Assembly (NCBI RefSeq): GCF_058153355.1
Contig: NZ_CM177019.1
Strand: one strand, 5' to 3'
Length of the DNA stretch: 64,000 bases
The first letter of the stretch is position 1. The number at the start of each line of letters is the position of its first letter. The notes under the pieces are model-generated. The model searched no databases. It was not told the origin of the DNA and was given only the letters and a program-made list of their open reading frames with translations. Below are positions 10,511 to 20,295 of the stretch, piece by piece. The position numbers were made by a program, and so were the translations under genes.

Positions 10511-12712
10511 ATGTCATTAAAAGGGCTGCGCTTTACGCTGACGGTGGACGGACTGGTGCCGGAGACGTTTGCGGTGGTGGATTTCCGCCTCACGCAGGCA
10601 TACTCATCGCCGTTCGTCCTGGATGTGGACGTTGCCAGCGACTCGTTCCGCCAGACGGCGGAGAAGCTGCTGGAGAAGGGGGCCGTACTGACCATCTGGC
10701 AGGGTGGCACGGCGCTGCGTTATGTGAGCGGTGTGGTGTCGGGGTTCGGCATGAAGGAGCACAACGGCTGGCAGATGCAGTACCACCTTCAGATACGTCC
10801 GCCCCTGTGGCGCAGCGGGCTGCGCCAGAACTACCGAATCTTCCAGCAGCAGGACATTCAGGCCATCTCCGCCACGCTGTTAAACGAGGACGGAGTGACG
10901 CAGTGGACGCCGCGCTTTTATGAGAGCCACCCGGCACGGGAGTTCTGCGTCCAGTACGGTGAAAGCGACATGGCGTTTCTGACCCGGCTGTGGGCGGGGG
11001 AAGGCATCTTCTTTTATGACAGATACGCTGACGACAGCCCGGAGCAGACGCTCACGCTGTGCGATGATGTGGCGGGCCTGCCGGTGTACGGGGAGATACC
11101 GTTTAACCCGAACACCCGTGAGGTGACGACGGCGTGCATCAGCCTGTTCCGCTACCAGGCGCAGGTGCGGCCCTCGCAGGTGCGTTCAAAAGACCACACG
11201 TTTAAGGTGCCGGACTGGCCGGGTATTTACATTGAGGATGCTGAAAACCTCAACGGGCAACTGAAGCAGTACAAAATCCTGGACTGGCCGGGGCGCTACA
11301 AGGACGAGCAGCATGGTCAGGACTTTACCCGCTACCGGCTGGAAGGGCTGCGTAACAGTGCTGAAACCGCCACAGGTATCAGTAACTCCCCGGCGCTGTG
11401 GCCGGGACGGCGGTTCACCTTGACGGGGCATCCGGTACAGGGAGCGAACCCGAACCGTGAGTGGCAGGTGGTGAGCAGCACGCTGACGGGGAGCCAGCCG
11501 CAGGCGCTGCACGGGAGTCACGGTGAAGGGACGACACTGAGCAATCAGTTTGAGGTGATACCGGCAGACAGGACGTGGCGTCACGCGCCGCTGCCGAAGC
11601 CGAAGGTGGACGGCCCGCAGAGTGCCATCGTGACCGGGCCGAAGGGTGAGGAGATATTCTGCGACGAGCATGGCCGGGTACGGGTGAAGTTTCACTGGGA
11701 CCGTTATCACGGGATGACGGAGGAGAGTTCGTGCTGGATACGGGTGTCGCAGGCATGGGCGGGACCGGGGTTCGGCAATCTGGCGATACCGCGTGTGGGT
11801 CAGGAAGTGATAGTGGACTTTCTGAACGGCGACCCGGACCAGCCCATTGTGACGGGGCGGACCTACCATGAAGATAACCGTTCACCGGGGGATTTACCGG
11901 GCACGCGGACGCAGATGACCATCCGCTCGAAGACCTATAAAGGAAGCGGCTTTAATGAACTGCGTTTCGAGGATGCGACGGACAGTGAGCAGGTGTATAT
12001 CCACGCGCAGAAGAACATGGACACGGAGGTGCTTAACGACCGGACGACGGACGTGAAGCATGACCATACGGAGACCATCGGTAACGACCAGAAGATAAGG
12101 GTGGTGAAGGGGCAGACGGTTGAGGTCGGCACCAGAAAAGAAGGGGGTCACGACCAGAGTATCACGGTGGCGAACGACCGGCGCATAACGGTACGTAATG
12201 ACCAGACGCTGAAGGTGACGAATGACCGGACGGTGAGCGTGAGTCACGATGACGGCCTGTATGTCAGAAACGACCGTAAAGTGACGGTGGAAGGGAAGCA
12301 GGAGCATAAGACGACGGGGAACCATATCAGCCTGGTGGAGGGAAAGCACAGTCTGGAGGTGAAGGGCGACCTGGCGAGGAAGATTACCGGTGCGCTGGGA
12401 ATGAAGGTCCGGAATGAAATCGTACTGGAGAGTGGCGGTAAAATCACCCTAAAGGTGGGTGGTTCGTTTGTGGTCATCCATTCAGGGGGCGTGGACATCG
12501 TCGGGCCGAAAATCAATCTCAATAGCGGCGGTAGTCCGGGAACGCCGGTGCCGACGCTACGACCGGCGGTTTTGAAAGCGCTGGCAGATTATGACAATGG
12601 CGGACCTGGAACTGAAGGGGCGGAGCCACCACGGAAAAGTGTACAGGAAGCCTTTGATCCTCCCCAGCAGGATAAGGTACCGCCACAACGGCCGGGAAGA
12701 TTCTCACGATAA
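10511..12712 (+). CDS. vgrG: T6SS spike protein VgrG (copy 2) with short Pro-rich C-terminal tail
   Basis: 733-aa ORF, N-terminus MSLKGLRFTLTVDGL...; central about 0.88 kb is nucleotide-identical to vgrG1; GGAGG RBS upstream. Confidence 0.92.
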   Translation: MSLKGLRFTLTVDGLVPETFAVVDFRLTQAYSSPFVLDVDVASDSFRQTAEKLLEKGAVLTIWQGGTALRYVSGVVSGFGMKEHNGWQMQYHLQIRPPLWRSGLRQNYRIFQQQDIQAISATLLNEDGVTQWTPRFYESHPAREFCVQYGESDMAFLTRLWAGEGIFFYDRYADDSPEQTLTLCDDVAGLPVYGEIPFNPNTREVTTACISLFRYQAQVRPSQVRSKDHTFKVPDWPGIYIEDAENLNGQLKQYKILDWPGRYKDEQHGQDFTRYRLEGLRNSAETATGISNSPALWPGRRFTLTGHPVQGANPNREWQVVSSTLTGSQPQALHGSHGEGTTLSNQFEVIPADRTWRHAPLPKPKVDGPQSAIVTGPKGEEIFCDEHGRVRVKFHWDRYHGMTEESSCWIRVSQAWAGPGFGNLAIPRVGQEVIVDFLNGDPDQPIVTGRTYHEDNRSPGDLPGTRTQMTIRSKTYKGSGFNELRFEDATDSEQVYIHAQKNMDTEVLNDRTTDVKHDHTETIGNDQKIRVVKGQTVEVGTRKEGGHDQSITVANDRRITVRNDQTLKVTNDRTVSVSHDDGLYVRNDRKVTVEGKQEHKTTGNHISLVEGKHSLEVKGDLARKITGALGMKVRNEIVLESGGKITLKVGGSFVVIHSGGVDIVGPKINLNSGGSPGTPVPTLRPAVLKALADYDNGGPGTEGAEPPRKSVQEAFDPPQQDKVPPQRPGRFSR

Positions 12713-12721
12713 GGACTGAAC

Positions 12722-15211
12722 ATGAAAATCAGCCATCCCATCAGGGATAAAGAAGGCAAAGAGTTTCGCTCACTGGATGAGATAATGCGGCTTATTGACA
12801 AAGAAGCGCACGGAACCTGGCTGCTGGGTGGAAACGGGCTGTGGCACGGCGGGATACATATCAGTGACGTGTCTAATCCGTTATCAGCCCTGAAACCGGA
12901 TACCGCCGCTACCGGAGAACCGGTTCCTCTTCAGTTTATGGCCGATGGCACCATTGCGGCGTACCGGATAAATAATGATTACCTGAAAGGCCCCTACAAA
13001 GGGCAGCAACTCCGTTACAGCAGCACATTTGTTCTGGTGAAATCGCAGTGCCAGCCAGACCCGCAAAAAAAAGAAAGCTGGCTGGAATTTTACTGTCTCT
13101 ATATGCATCTGGCCCCGGTGAACGATTATCCCGGCTCCCCCTGCTATAAAGTTAAAACCGGGCATGGTGGCATATTGCTGCACCGATACATCCCGGGAAA
13201 GAACGGCCTTCCCGAGGGGCAGGAAAGCGGAGATCATGCCACGTACTGGATACCCCCGAAAATCAGCGGAAACAGGACACTTAATGCGGGAGATCGGTTT
13301 GTGTCATCCCGGACCGGACGTTTTTACGTGACCAATAACGGCCAGCCGGTCCTGACGACATTCGGACTGGTTCGCCTGCTGGAAGGCAATAAACCGGGGA
13401 ATGAGCAGTACTGGGTGACCCTGGATCCGGATCTGATGGAGTCAGATGGCGAAATACAGATGCTGATGCCTGAGTGGATGCAGAAGGCGAAGGCAAAAGG
13501 CATTTTTGACTCGGTACAGACGGTCGACGAAACGGAAGAGTGGAAAGTCAGTGCCGGAACACCGGTCGGATTTATGGGATGCGAGGATTATCCTGGCGAG
13601 GGAAGCGGTGAGATTGAGCGCGAGTGGTTCGTCCATCTGGAGGTTCTGAGTACAGACCCGAATATGCCAAAGTTCTTATCCAACCCGGCAGGCGTTAAGG
13701 GAGAAAAACGGACTGTTCTGGCACCAAAAGGGATAATTTTATACACCCGGCAGGCCGTTCCGGGACAGGAGGTATTTACCGCAACCGCAGCCACGCTGGG
13801 TGCTCAGCGCGTTCTTCCGCGGGAAGCCACGACACCAGTCACGGATGAATCGCAGCAGTGGTGGTTTAATATCACCGGAACCGGCTGGCTGCCACAAAAG
13901 GATGTTGAAGAGGCCGGACAGTATGATTTACTGAAGCTGGGTTTTCAACCGCTGGAGGAGAACAGCAGCGGTGACATGACGTACAGCCCGTACGAAGGAT
14001 GGGTGCCGGAAGCGTTTGACTCAATAAGCCGTGCCGCAGAACAGGGAGATGAGTGGCTGTATGAGCAGGTACCGCCCTTTTATCGTGAGCTGATGGCGGG
14101 TATGGATCAGGACGGTGATGGAAAAGTGACGGAGGAAGAGATCAGACAGGCGCTGATCGTGCGTGAACCACTGGTGAGAAATGTGGTGAATCATCTGATA
14201 GTTAAACACCACAGCGAATGGTACGGAGGGCGCTCGACAGGGCGGTGGGAAGGATTTTATAAAGATCTGGATACAGAGGAAGTGGCATACTGTGAGAAGT
14301 GGCAGCTGGATCTGGAGTGGATGAGCGGGGTATCTCCGTTTAATAGTGATGATGCTGTGTGGCATTTTCATCCGGTTGTGTTTTTGGACGCTATTAATTC
14401 CAAATCTGTGTGTGCTTGCAACAGAGATATAACATTAGATGAATTAAAAAAAGTTGCTCCTGCAGTAAGTGAAGGTCTTCTCAAAAGGTACCTCTACGAT
14501 ATAAATGCAGGGTTTATTCGGTTTGGTATGACCACTTGTAGAGAAAAAGCCCATTTTCTTGCTCAAATTATTCACGAGAGCGGTTATTTTAGATATACCA
14601 AAGAAATTAATGGTGAATCAGCTTCATATAGTCCGTGGTATGGCCGAGGCTTAATACAAGTTACAGGCGAAAGTAATTACACCGCCTATGGGGAATATAT
14701 CAATGAGGACGTAACATCTTCAGATTCCGCAAGAGATAAACTCATATCCTCCCCACATTGCGTATTATCTGCGTTTTGGTATTTCAATATATTCAAAAGA
14801 ATAAATGAAGATGCTAAAAATGATGATTTTAATAAAATTACAGTAGTGATTAATGGAGGGTATAATCATTATGATGAACGGTTGTCGATATTTAATAAAT
14901 TGGTTACCTCACTTGCTGCCGAGCATTTAAATCAGAAAGAAATGAACGACGATTTCTTGTTTGATGATAGTGACGTATATGATAATAAAGTATATGCTTT
15001 GGGATGGGGGATATGGCATGATCCTGATAGCTCCCGAAGAGGGACGATCAAGAGTAACGAAGAAGCATTAAAAGGTTATAGAAGGGCGAAAGAATTAATT
15101 GACCTGCATCCGTTTCCTCAGGAAGGGCGTGAGGGTGATAGAAAAGTATATGGAATAGAAAAAAGGAATATATCCACATTTGTAGAGAGACGAATAACTG
15201 AACTGGAGTAA
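12722..15211 (+). CDS. modular T6SS effector candidate: unknown N-terminal domain, EF-hand, C-terminal GH19 (chitinase/lysozyme-like) peptidoglycan hydrolase domain
   Basis: 829-aa ORF 9 nt after the vgrG2 stop; canonical EF-hand loop DQDGDGKVTEEE; C-terminal motifs AHFLAQIIHESG and YGRGLIQVTGESNY match GH19-family catalytic signatures; the C-terminal third is AT-rich compared with the N-terminal part. Confidence 0.75.
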   Translation: MKISHPIRDKEGKEFRSLDEIMRLIDKEAHGTWLLGGNGLWHGGIHISDVSNPLSALKPDTAATGEPVPLQFMADGTIAAYRINNDYLKGPYKGQQLRYSSTFVLVKSQCQPDPQKKESWLEFYCLYMHLAPVNDYPGSPCYKVKTGHGGILLHRYIPGKNGLPEGQESGDHATYWIPPKISGNRTLNAGDRFVSSRTGRFYVTNNGQPVLTTFGLVRLLEGNKPGNEQYWVTLDPDLMESDGEIQMLMPEWMQKAKAKGIFDSVQTVDETEEWKVSAGTPVGFMGCEDYPGEGSGEIEREWFVHLEVLSTDPNMPKFLSNPAGVKGEKRTVLAPKGIILYTRQAVPGQEVFTATAATLGAQRVLPREATTPVTDESQQWWFNITGTGWLPQKDVEEAGQYDLLKLGFQPLEENSSGDMTYSPYEGWVPEAFDSISRAAEQGDEWLYEQVPPFYRELMAGMDQDGDGKVTEEEIRQALIVREPLVRNVVNHLIVKHHSEWYGGRSTGRWEGFYKDLDTEEVAYCEKWQLDLEWMSGVSPFNSDDAVWHFHPVVFLDAINSKSVCACNRDITLDELKKVAPAVSEGLLKRYLYDINAGFIRFGMTTCREKAHFLAQIIHESGYFRYTKEINGESASYSPWYGRGLIQVTGESNYTAYGEYINEDVTSSDSARDKLISSPHCVLSAFWYFNIFKRINEDAKNDDFNKITVVINGGYNHYDERLSIFNKLVTSLAAEHLNQKEMNDDFLFDDSDVYDNKVYALGWGIWHDPDSSRRGTIKSNEEALKGYRRAKELIDLHPFPQEGREGDRKVYGIEKRNISTFVERRITELE

Positions 15212-15216
15212 TTGAT

Positions 15217-15627
15217 ATGAAAGTTAATTTATTGGTTTTACTGTTTTGTTTGGTGCCTTGTTGTTTATTGGCTAAACAACAAACAACGGTAGGCTGTTTT
15301 AGCGCTGGGAAAACAAATTTAAAGTTTGTTGAAATATCGTCTGGCGATATTTTTTTAGGTTATGTGATTTATGAGAAATCCTCAAAATTTATACCTCTTG
15401 CGTTTATAAATAAATTAGAAGTGACTTTCGATGACAGGCCTTCTGAATTTTCTTATGCATGGAGCGAGGTTGTAAATGGAAAAATTAATGGGTTGTATGT
15501 TGTTTCCACACAAGGTGCAAGATTTAATTTGTTTCATTATAAATCAATAAGTGGGAAAACAACTGAGTTTGAAGAAAATATTGAGGCATATAATGATGAT
15601 GGTACTGATTGCAAATGGACTGGATGA
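15217..15627 (+). CDS. putative periplasmic immunity protein for the GH19-type effector
   Basis: 136-aa ORF starting 6 nt after the effector stop; N-terminal signal peptide MKVNLLVLLFCLVPCCLLA; AT-rich like the toxin domain. Confidence 0.6.
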   Translation: MKVNLLVLLFCLVPCCLLAKQQTTVGCFSAGKTNLKFVEISSGDIFLGYVIYEKSSKFIPLAFINKLEVTFDDRPSEFSYAWSEVVNGKINGLYVVSTQGARFNLFHYKSISGKTTEFEENIEAYNDDGTDCKWTG

Positions 15628-15789
15628 CCATTGTGCAGTTTTTTATGAAATCGATGCTGTGTTATTAAAATAATAATGCGACTAGGTTGAATTTGTTTAT
15701 TATTAATTTAAATGTTTTATGATTTTAAGTTAGACATGAATAACTGACTGGAAAATTATTTTTGAGGGATATCGTACAGGCAGGCAGGG

Positions 15790-17070
15790 AAAGATCACGT
15801 AACGCTGCTTTTTTGTACTATACAATTCGCATTTTATGTTTGAAAATTGAGATATTCCTCATTACCTGAAGCTGTTTTTTATTGCTTATACATGATCAAA
15901 TACTCCTTACATAATTAAGGAGAACAAAATGGTACTTAAAAAATTGATGGAACATATTTCTATTATCCCCGATTACAGACAAGCCTGGAAAGTGGAACAT
16001 AAATTATCGGATATTCTACTGTTGACTATTTGCGCCGTTATTTCGGGTGCAGAAGGCTGGGAAGATATAGAGGATTTTGGGGAAACACATCTCGATTTTT
16101 TGAAGCAATATGGTGATTTTGAAAATGGTATTCCTGTTCACGATACCATTGTCAGAGTTGTATCCTGTATCAGTCCTGCAAAATTTCACGAGTGCTTTAT
16201 TAACTGGATGCGTGACTGCCATTCTTCAGATGATAAAGGCGTCATTGCAATTGATGGAAAAACGCTCCGGCACTCTTATGACAAGAGTCGCCGCAGGGGA
16301 GCGATTCATGTCATTAGTGCGTTCTCAACAATGCACAGTCTGGTCATCGGACAGATCAAGACGGATGAGAAATCCAATGAGATTACAGCTATCCCAGAAC
16401 TTCTTAACATGCTGGATATTAAAGGAAAAATCATCACAACTGATGCGATGGGTTGCCAGAAAGATATTGCAGAGAAGATACAAAAACAGGGAGGTGATTA
16501 TTTATTCGCGGTAAAAGGAAACCAGGGGCGGCTAAATAAAGCCTTTGAGGAAAAATTTCCGCTGAAAGAATTAAATAATCCAGATCATGACAGTTAAGCG
16601 ATTAGTGAAAAGAGTCACGGCAGAGAAAAAATCCGTCTTCATATTGTTTGCGATGTCCCTGATGAACTTATTGATTTCACGTTTGAATGGAAAGGTCTGA
16701 AGAAATTATGCGTGGCAGTCTCCTTTCGGTTAATAATAGCAGAACAAAAGAAAGAGCCAGAAATGACGGTCAGATATTATATCAGTTCTGCTGATTTAAC
16801 CGCAGAGAAGTTCGCCACAGCAATCCGAAACCACTGGCACGTGGAGAATAAGCTGCACTGGCGTCTGGACGTGGTAATGAATGAAGACGACTGCAAAATA
16901 AGAAGAGGAAACGCCGCAGAATTATTTTCAGGGATACGGCACATCGCTATTAATATTTTAACGAATGATAAGGTATTCAAGGCAGGGTTAAGACGTAAGA
17001 TGCGAAAAGCAGCCATGGACAGAAACTATCTCGCGTCAGTCCTTGCGGGGAGCGGGCTTTCGTAATCTTG
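15790..17070 (+). mobile_element. H-repeat (H-rpt) element, ISAs1 family, nearly full length
   Basis: Encodes the H-repeat-associated transposase-like protein; its 5' end, including about 140 bp upstream of the ATG, recurs at 19865-20290 and in degenerate form at 21975-22635; element boundaries are approximate. Confidence 0.75.
15929..17065 (+). pseudogene. ISAs1-family (H-repeat-associated) transposase, interrupted by a single in-frame TAA
   Basis: ORFs 15929-16597 and 16712-17065 are in the same frame (669 and 114 nt offsets are multiples of 3) and separated only by TAA at 16598-16600; combined length about 378 codons, the size of intact H-rpt proteins. Confidence 0.75.
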
Positions 17071-17075
17071 CCCTG

Positions 17076-19492
17076 GAGGTGATACCGGCGGACAGGACGT
17101 GGCGTCACGCGCCCCTGCCGAAGCCGAAGGTGGACGGCCCGCAGAGTGCCATCGTGACCGGGCCGAAGGGCGAGGAGATATTCTGCGACGAGCATGGCCG
17201 GGTACGGGTGAAGTTTCACTGGGACCGTTATCACGGGATGACGGAGGAGAGTTCATGCTGGATACGGGCGTCGCAGGCATGGGCGGGACCGGGGTTCGGC
17301 AATCTGGCGATACCGCGTGTGGGTCAGGAAGTGATAGTGGACTTTCTGAACGGCGACCCGGACCAGCCCATTGTGACGGGGCGGACATACCATGAGGACA
17401 ACCGTTCACCGGGGGATTTACCGGGCACGCGGACGCAGATGACCATCCGCTCGAAGACCTATAAAGGAAGCGGCTTTAATGAACTGCGTTTCGAGGATGC
17501 GACGGACAGTGAGCAGGTGTATATCCACGCGCAGAAGAACATGGACACGGAGGTGCTTAACGACCGGACGACGGACGTGAAGCATGACCATACGGAGACC
17601 ATCGGTAACGACCAGAAGATAAGGGTGGTGAAGGGGCAGACGGTTGAGGTCGGCACCAGAAAAGAAGGGGGTCACGACCAGAGTATCACGGTGGCGAACG
17701 ACCGGCGCATAACGGTACGTAATGACCAGACGCTGAAGGTGACGAATGACCGGACGGTGAGCGTGAGTCACGATGACGGCCTGTATGTCAGAAACGACCG
17801 TAAAGTGACGGTGGAAGGGAAGCAGGAGCATAAGACGACGGGGAACCATATCAGTCTGGTGGAGGGAACGCACAGTCTGGAGGTGAAGGGCGACCTGGCG
17901 AGGAAGATTACCGGTGCGCTGGGAATGAAGGTCCGGGATGAAATCGTACTGGAGAGTGGTGGTAAAATCACCCTGAAGTGGGTGGCTCGTTTGTGGTCGT
18001 TCATTCTGGTGGTGTGGATATTGTCGGACCGAAAATAAATCTGAATTGCGGGCGCAGTCCGGGGACGCCGATAAATACACTACAACCGGCAGTTATGGAC
18101 GCTCTGGCTGACGAGCAGTATGACAGAGGGAATGCTGGCGGCGGGAATGACGGAGAGCCTAGTGATGAGGATGAATCAGAAGGTGGAGAAGAAGACAAGG
18201 ACGATTCAGATGAACTGGTAATTCCTGTATACGCAAAATCTTGTCTGAAGGAGAAAGGCTGCACTGATGCTGGTACGACCATGGAGCCATCGAAACATTT
18301 TGGTGATATGGCTCTATTTGCCCAGCCAGTGGAGGATGACTGTTGCGGCTATGGTACACACTATCATGACGATGAAGTGGAGCAACTTGCGCAGTCAGCA
18401 AAAAAAACCTCAGGAGCGAACTCACTGACGGGGGAAATGACAGTTGCGTCAGCGGGTGTTGCGGTTCCACTAGCGGCGGAACAGTCTGCGGGAGTTTTAA
18501 CTCGCGTATGGGGAACATTAGGGGCATGGGGTGGAGAAGGTTTTTTAAGTGTATCAAAAACGGTGCCAGCCCTTGGTGTCCTAGTATCAGCACTATATCC
18601 AATACCTGCCGGTGAAGGTAGTGATAAAGTTCCTGGACGGGATGAACAGTGGCTCGAAAATGAGCTACGTCGTAAAGCGCAATCTGGAGAGACGGCAGCT
18701 ACGCGGGCGCGCTTTCTCTTTCAGCGGAATACTGCTGGTGAATTGAGGACATACGGATACCACACACCCGCAGGTTCGGAACTTGAAGGTGTTCGGGTAG
18801 CATTGATGGAGTGGAATAAGGAATTTTCCCGTTATGAATTTTCACCTGTGTCTGATTCGGGACCAAAAATATTTTGGACGCCTGCAAAGCCAGAAGGTTC
18901 AGAGCAGCCCATACACACCGGAACTCCTGTCGAACCAGTTGATCTACCTGATATTTATGTTAATCCGATACCCGATGAAAAAACAGATATCACCACGCCG
19001 CCTTCTCCAATGCCGGAGGAGCGAAATTTTAATGACTGGATACTTGTCTTTCCTGACGGTGCGGAATTAACACCAATATATGTGTATCTGAAAACTGCAA
19101 GGGATGTAGCGGGAACAGTAACAGGTAAGGGGGAGGTGTTAGCAGGTACAGGAAGATGGCTGTCGCAGGCGGGGAAAAGCTTAGGAGTGCCAATTCCACA
19201 ACAGGTCGCAAATAAACTTCGGAGTAAGTCATTTAACAATTTTGATGAATTCATGGCAGCTTTCTGGACTGCTGTAGGTGAATGTCCAGAACTATTGAGC
19301 CAATTTAATAAAGCTAACCAAACGTTGATAAAGCGTGGACGCGCACCTTATACTATATCAAGACAAAGAGTTGGGGGGCGAGGTACATTTGAAATTCATC
19401 ATATTGACGAAATCCAATATGGGGGAGAAGTCTATGATATTGATAATCTTAGAGTAAACACACCTAAAAACCACATACGATTGCATAAATAA
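17076..19492 (+). pseudogene. 5'-truncated, frameshifted vgrG (copy 3) fused to colicin E9-like HNH DNase toxin domain
   Basis: vgrG homology begins abruptly at about 17076, right after the H-rpt end, so the N-terminal half is missing; a 1-nt deletion near 17977 (ctgaagtgggtgg here, ctaaaggtgggtgg in vgrG2) splits the reading frame; C-terminal domain ...GRGTFEIHHIDEIQYGGEVYDIDNLRVNTPKNHIRLHK matches the colicin E9/E7 DNase HNH motif. Confidence 0.8.
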
Positions 19493-19505
19493 AAAGGAGG
19501 TAGTA

Positions 19506-19778
19506 ATGGAGTTTAAAAATAATCTAGAAGATTATACGGAAGATGAATTTATCGAACTTCTAAATAATTTTTTTGAACCACCTGAGGAATTGCATGGCGA
19601 TAAGTTGTCGAAGTTTATTGATGATCTTGTAAGTCATTTTATTAGAATCACTCAGCACCCAGATGGTAGTGATTTGATATTCTATCCATCTGAAGATAGA
19701 GAAGATAGTCCCCAAGGGATTGTTGATGAGTTAAAACGATGGCGAGCATCGCAGGGGCTAGGATGCTTTAAAATATAA
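19506..19778 (+). CDS. colicin DNase-type immunity protein (Im9/Im7-like)
   Basis: 90-aa ORF 14 nt after the DNase stop with GGAGG RBS; MEFKNNLEDYTEDEFIELL...HPDGSDLIFYP...DSPQGIV...RWRASQG aligns with the Im9 family (DYTE.EF, HP.GSDLI.YP, DSP.GIV). Confidence 0.85.
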   Translation: MEFKNNLEDYTEDEFIELLNNFFEPPEELHGDKLSKFIDDLVSHFIRITQHPDGSDLIFYPSEDREDSPQGIVDELKRWRASQGLGCFKI

Positions 19779-19864
19779 TGAAAATAAATACTCATCATAT
19801 TTTATTAAAATGATTGGTGTTTTTGTTATTAACCTTAAACCACTTCCTGAGAAGGTGGTACAGG

Positions 19865-20295
19865 GAAAGATCACCAGAAGTACACTTTTTGTACTAAATA
19901 ATTCGCATTTTATGTTCAATAATTGAGATATTCCTCATTACCTGAGGCTGTTTTTTATTGCTTATACATGATCAAATACTCCTTACATAATTAAGGAGAA
20001 CAAAATGGAACTTAAAAAATTGATGGAACATATTTCTGTTATTCCTGATTACAGACAAGCCTGGAAAGTGGAACATAAATTGTCGGATATTCTACTTTTG
20101 ACTATTTGCTCCGTCATTTCTGGTACAGAAGGCTGGCAAGATATAGAGAATTTTGGGGAAACACATCTCGATTTTTTGAAGCGACATGGTGATTTTTGAA
20201 ATGGTATTCCTGTTCACATACCATTGCCAGAGTTGTATCCTGTATCAGCCCTGCAAAATTTCATGAGTGCTTTATTAAAAGGAAACCAGGGGCGG
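19865..20295 (+). mobile_element. H-repeat 5' fragment (includes truncated 64-codon transposase ORF 20005-20199)
   Basis: Near-identical to 15790-16210 of the full H-rpt; the ORF ends prematurely (GDF then stop); joined through a short internal H-rpt piece (GNQGRL) to effector-derived sequence. Confidence 0.75.

Noticed and set aside
6181-12712. Possibility that the large GC-rich ORFs are Rhs core proteins, since the K-12 rhsA locus maps here
   Set aside because: No YD-repeat motifs or PxxxxDPxGL core-end motif are present; the N-termini and repeat architecture are VgrG-like.
12722-13200. M23/LytM-like peptidase motifs in the N-terminal domain of the 829-aa effector (WHGGIHISD, LYMHLAP)
   Set aside because: Spacing does not fit the HxxxD and HxH M23 signatures, so I cannot support a peptidase call; left as unknown N-terminal domain.
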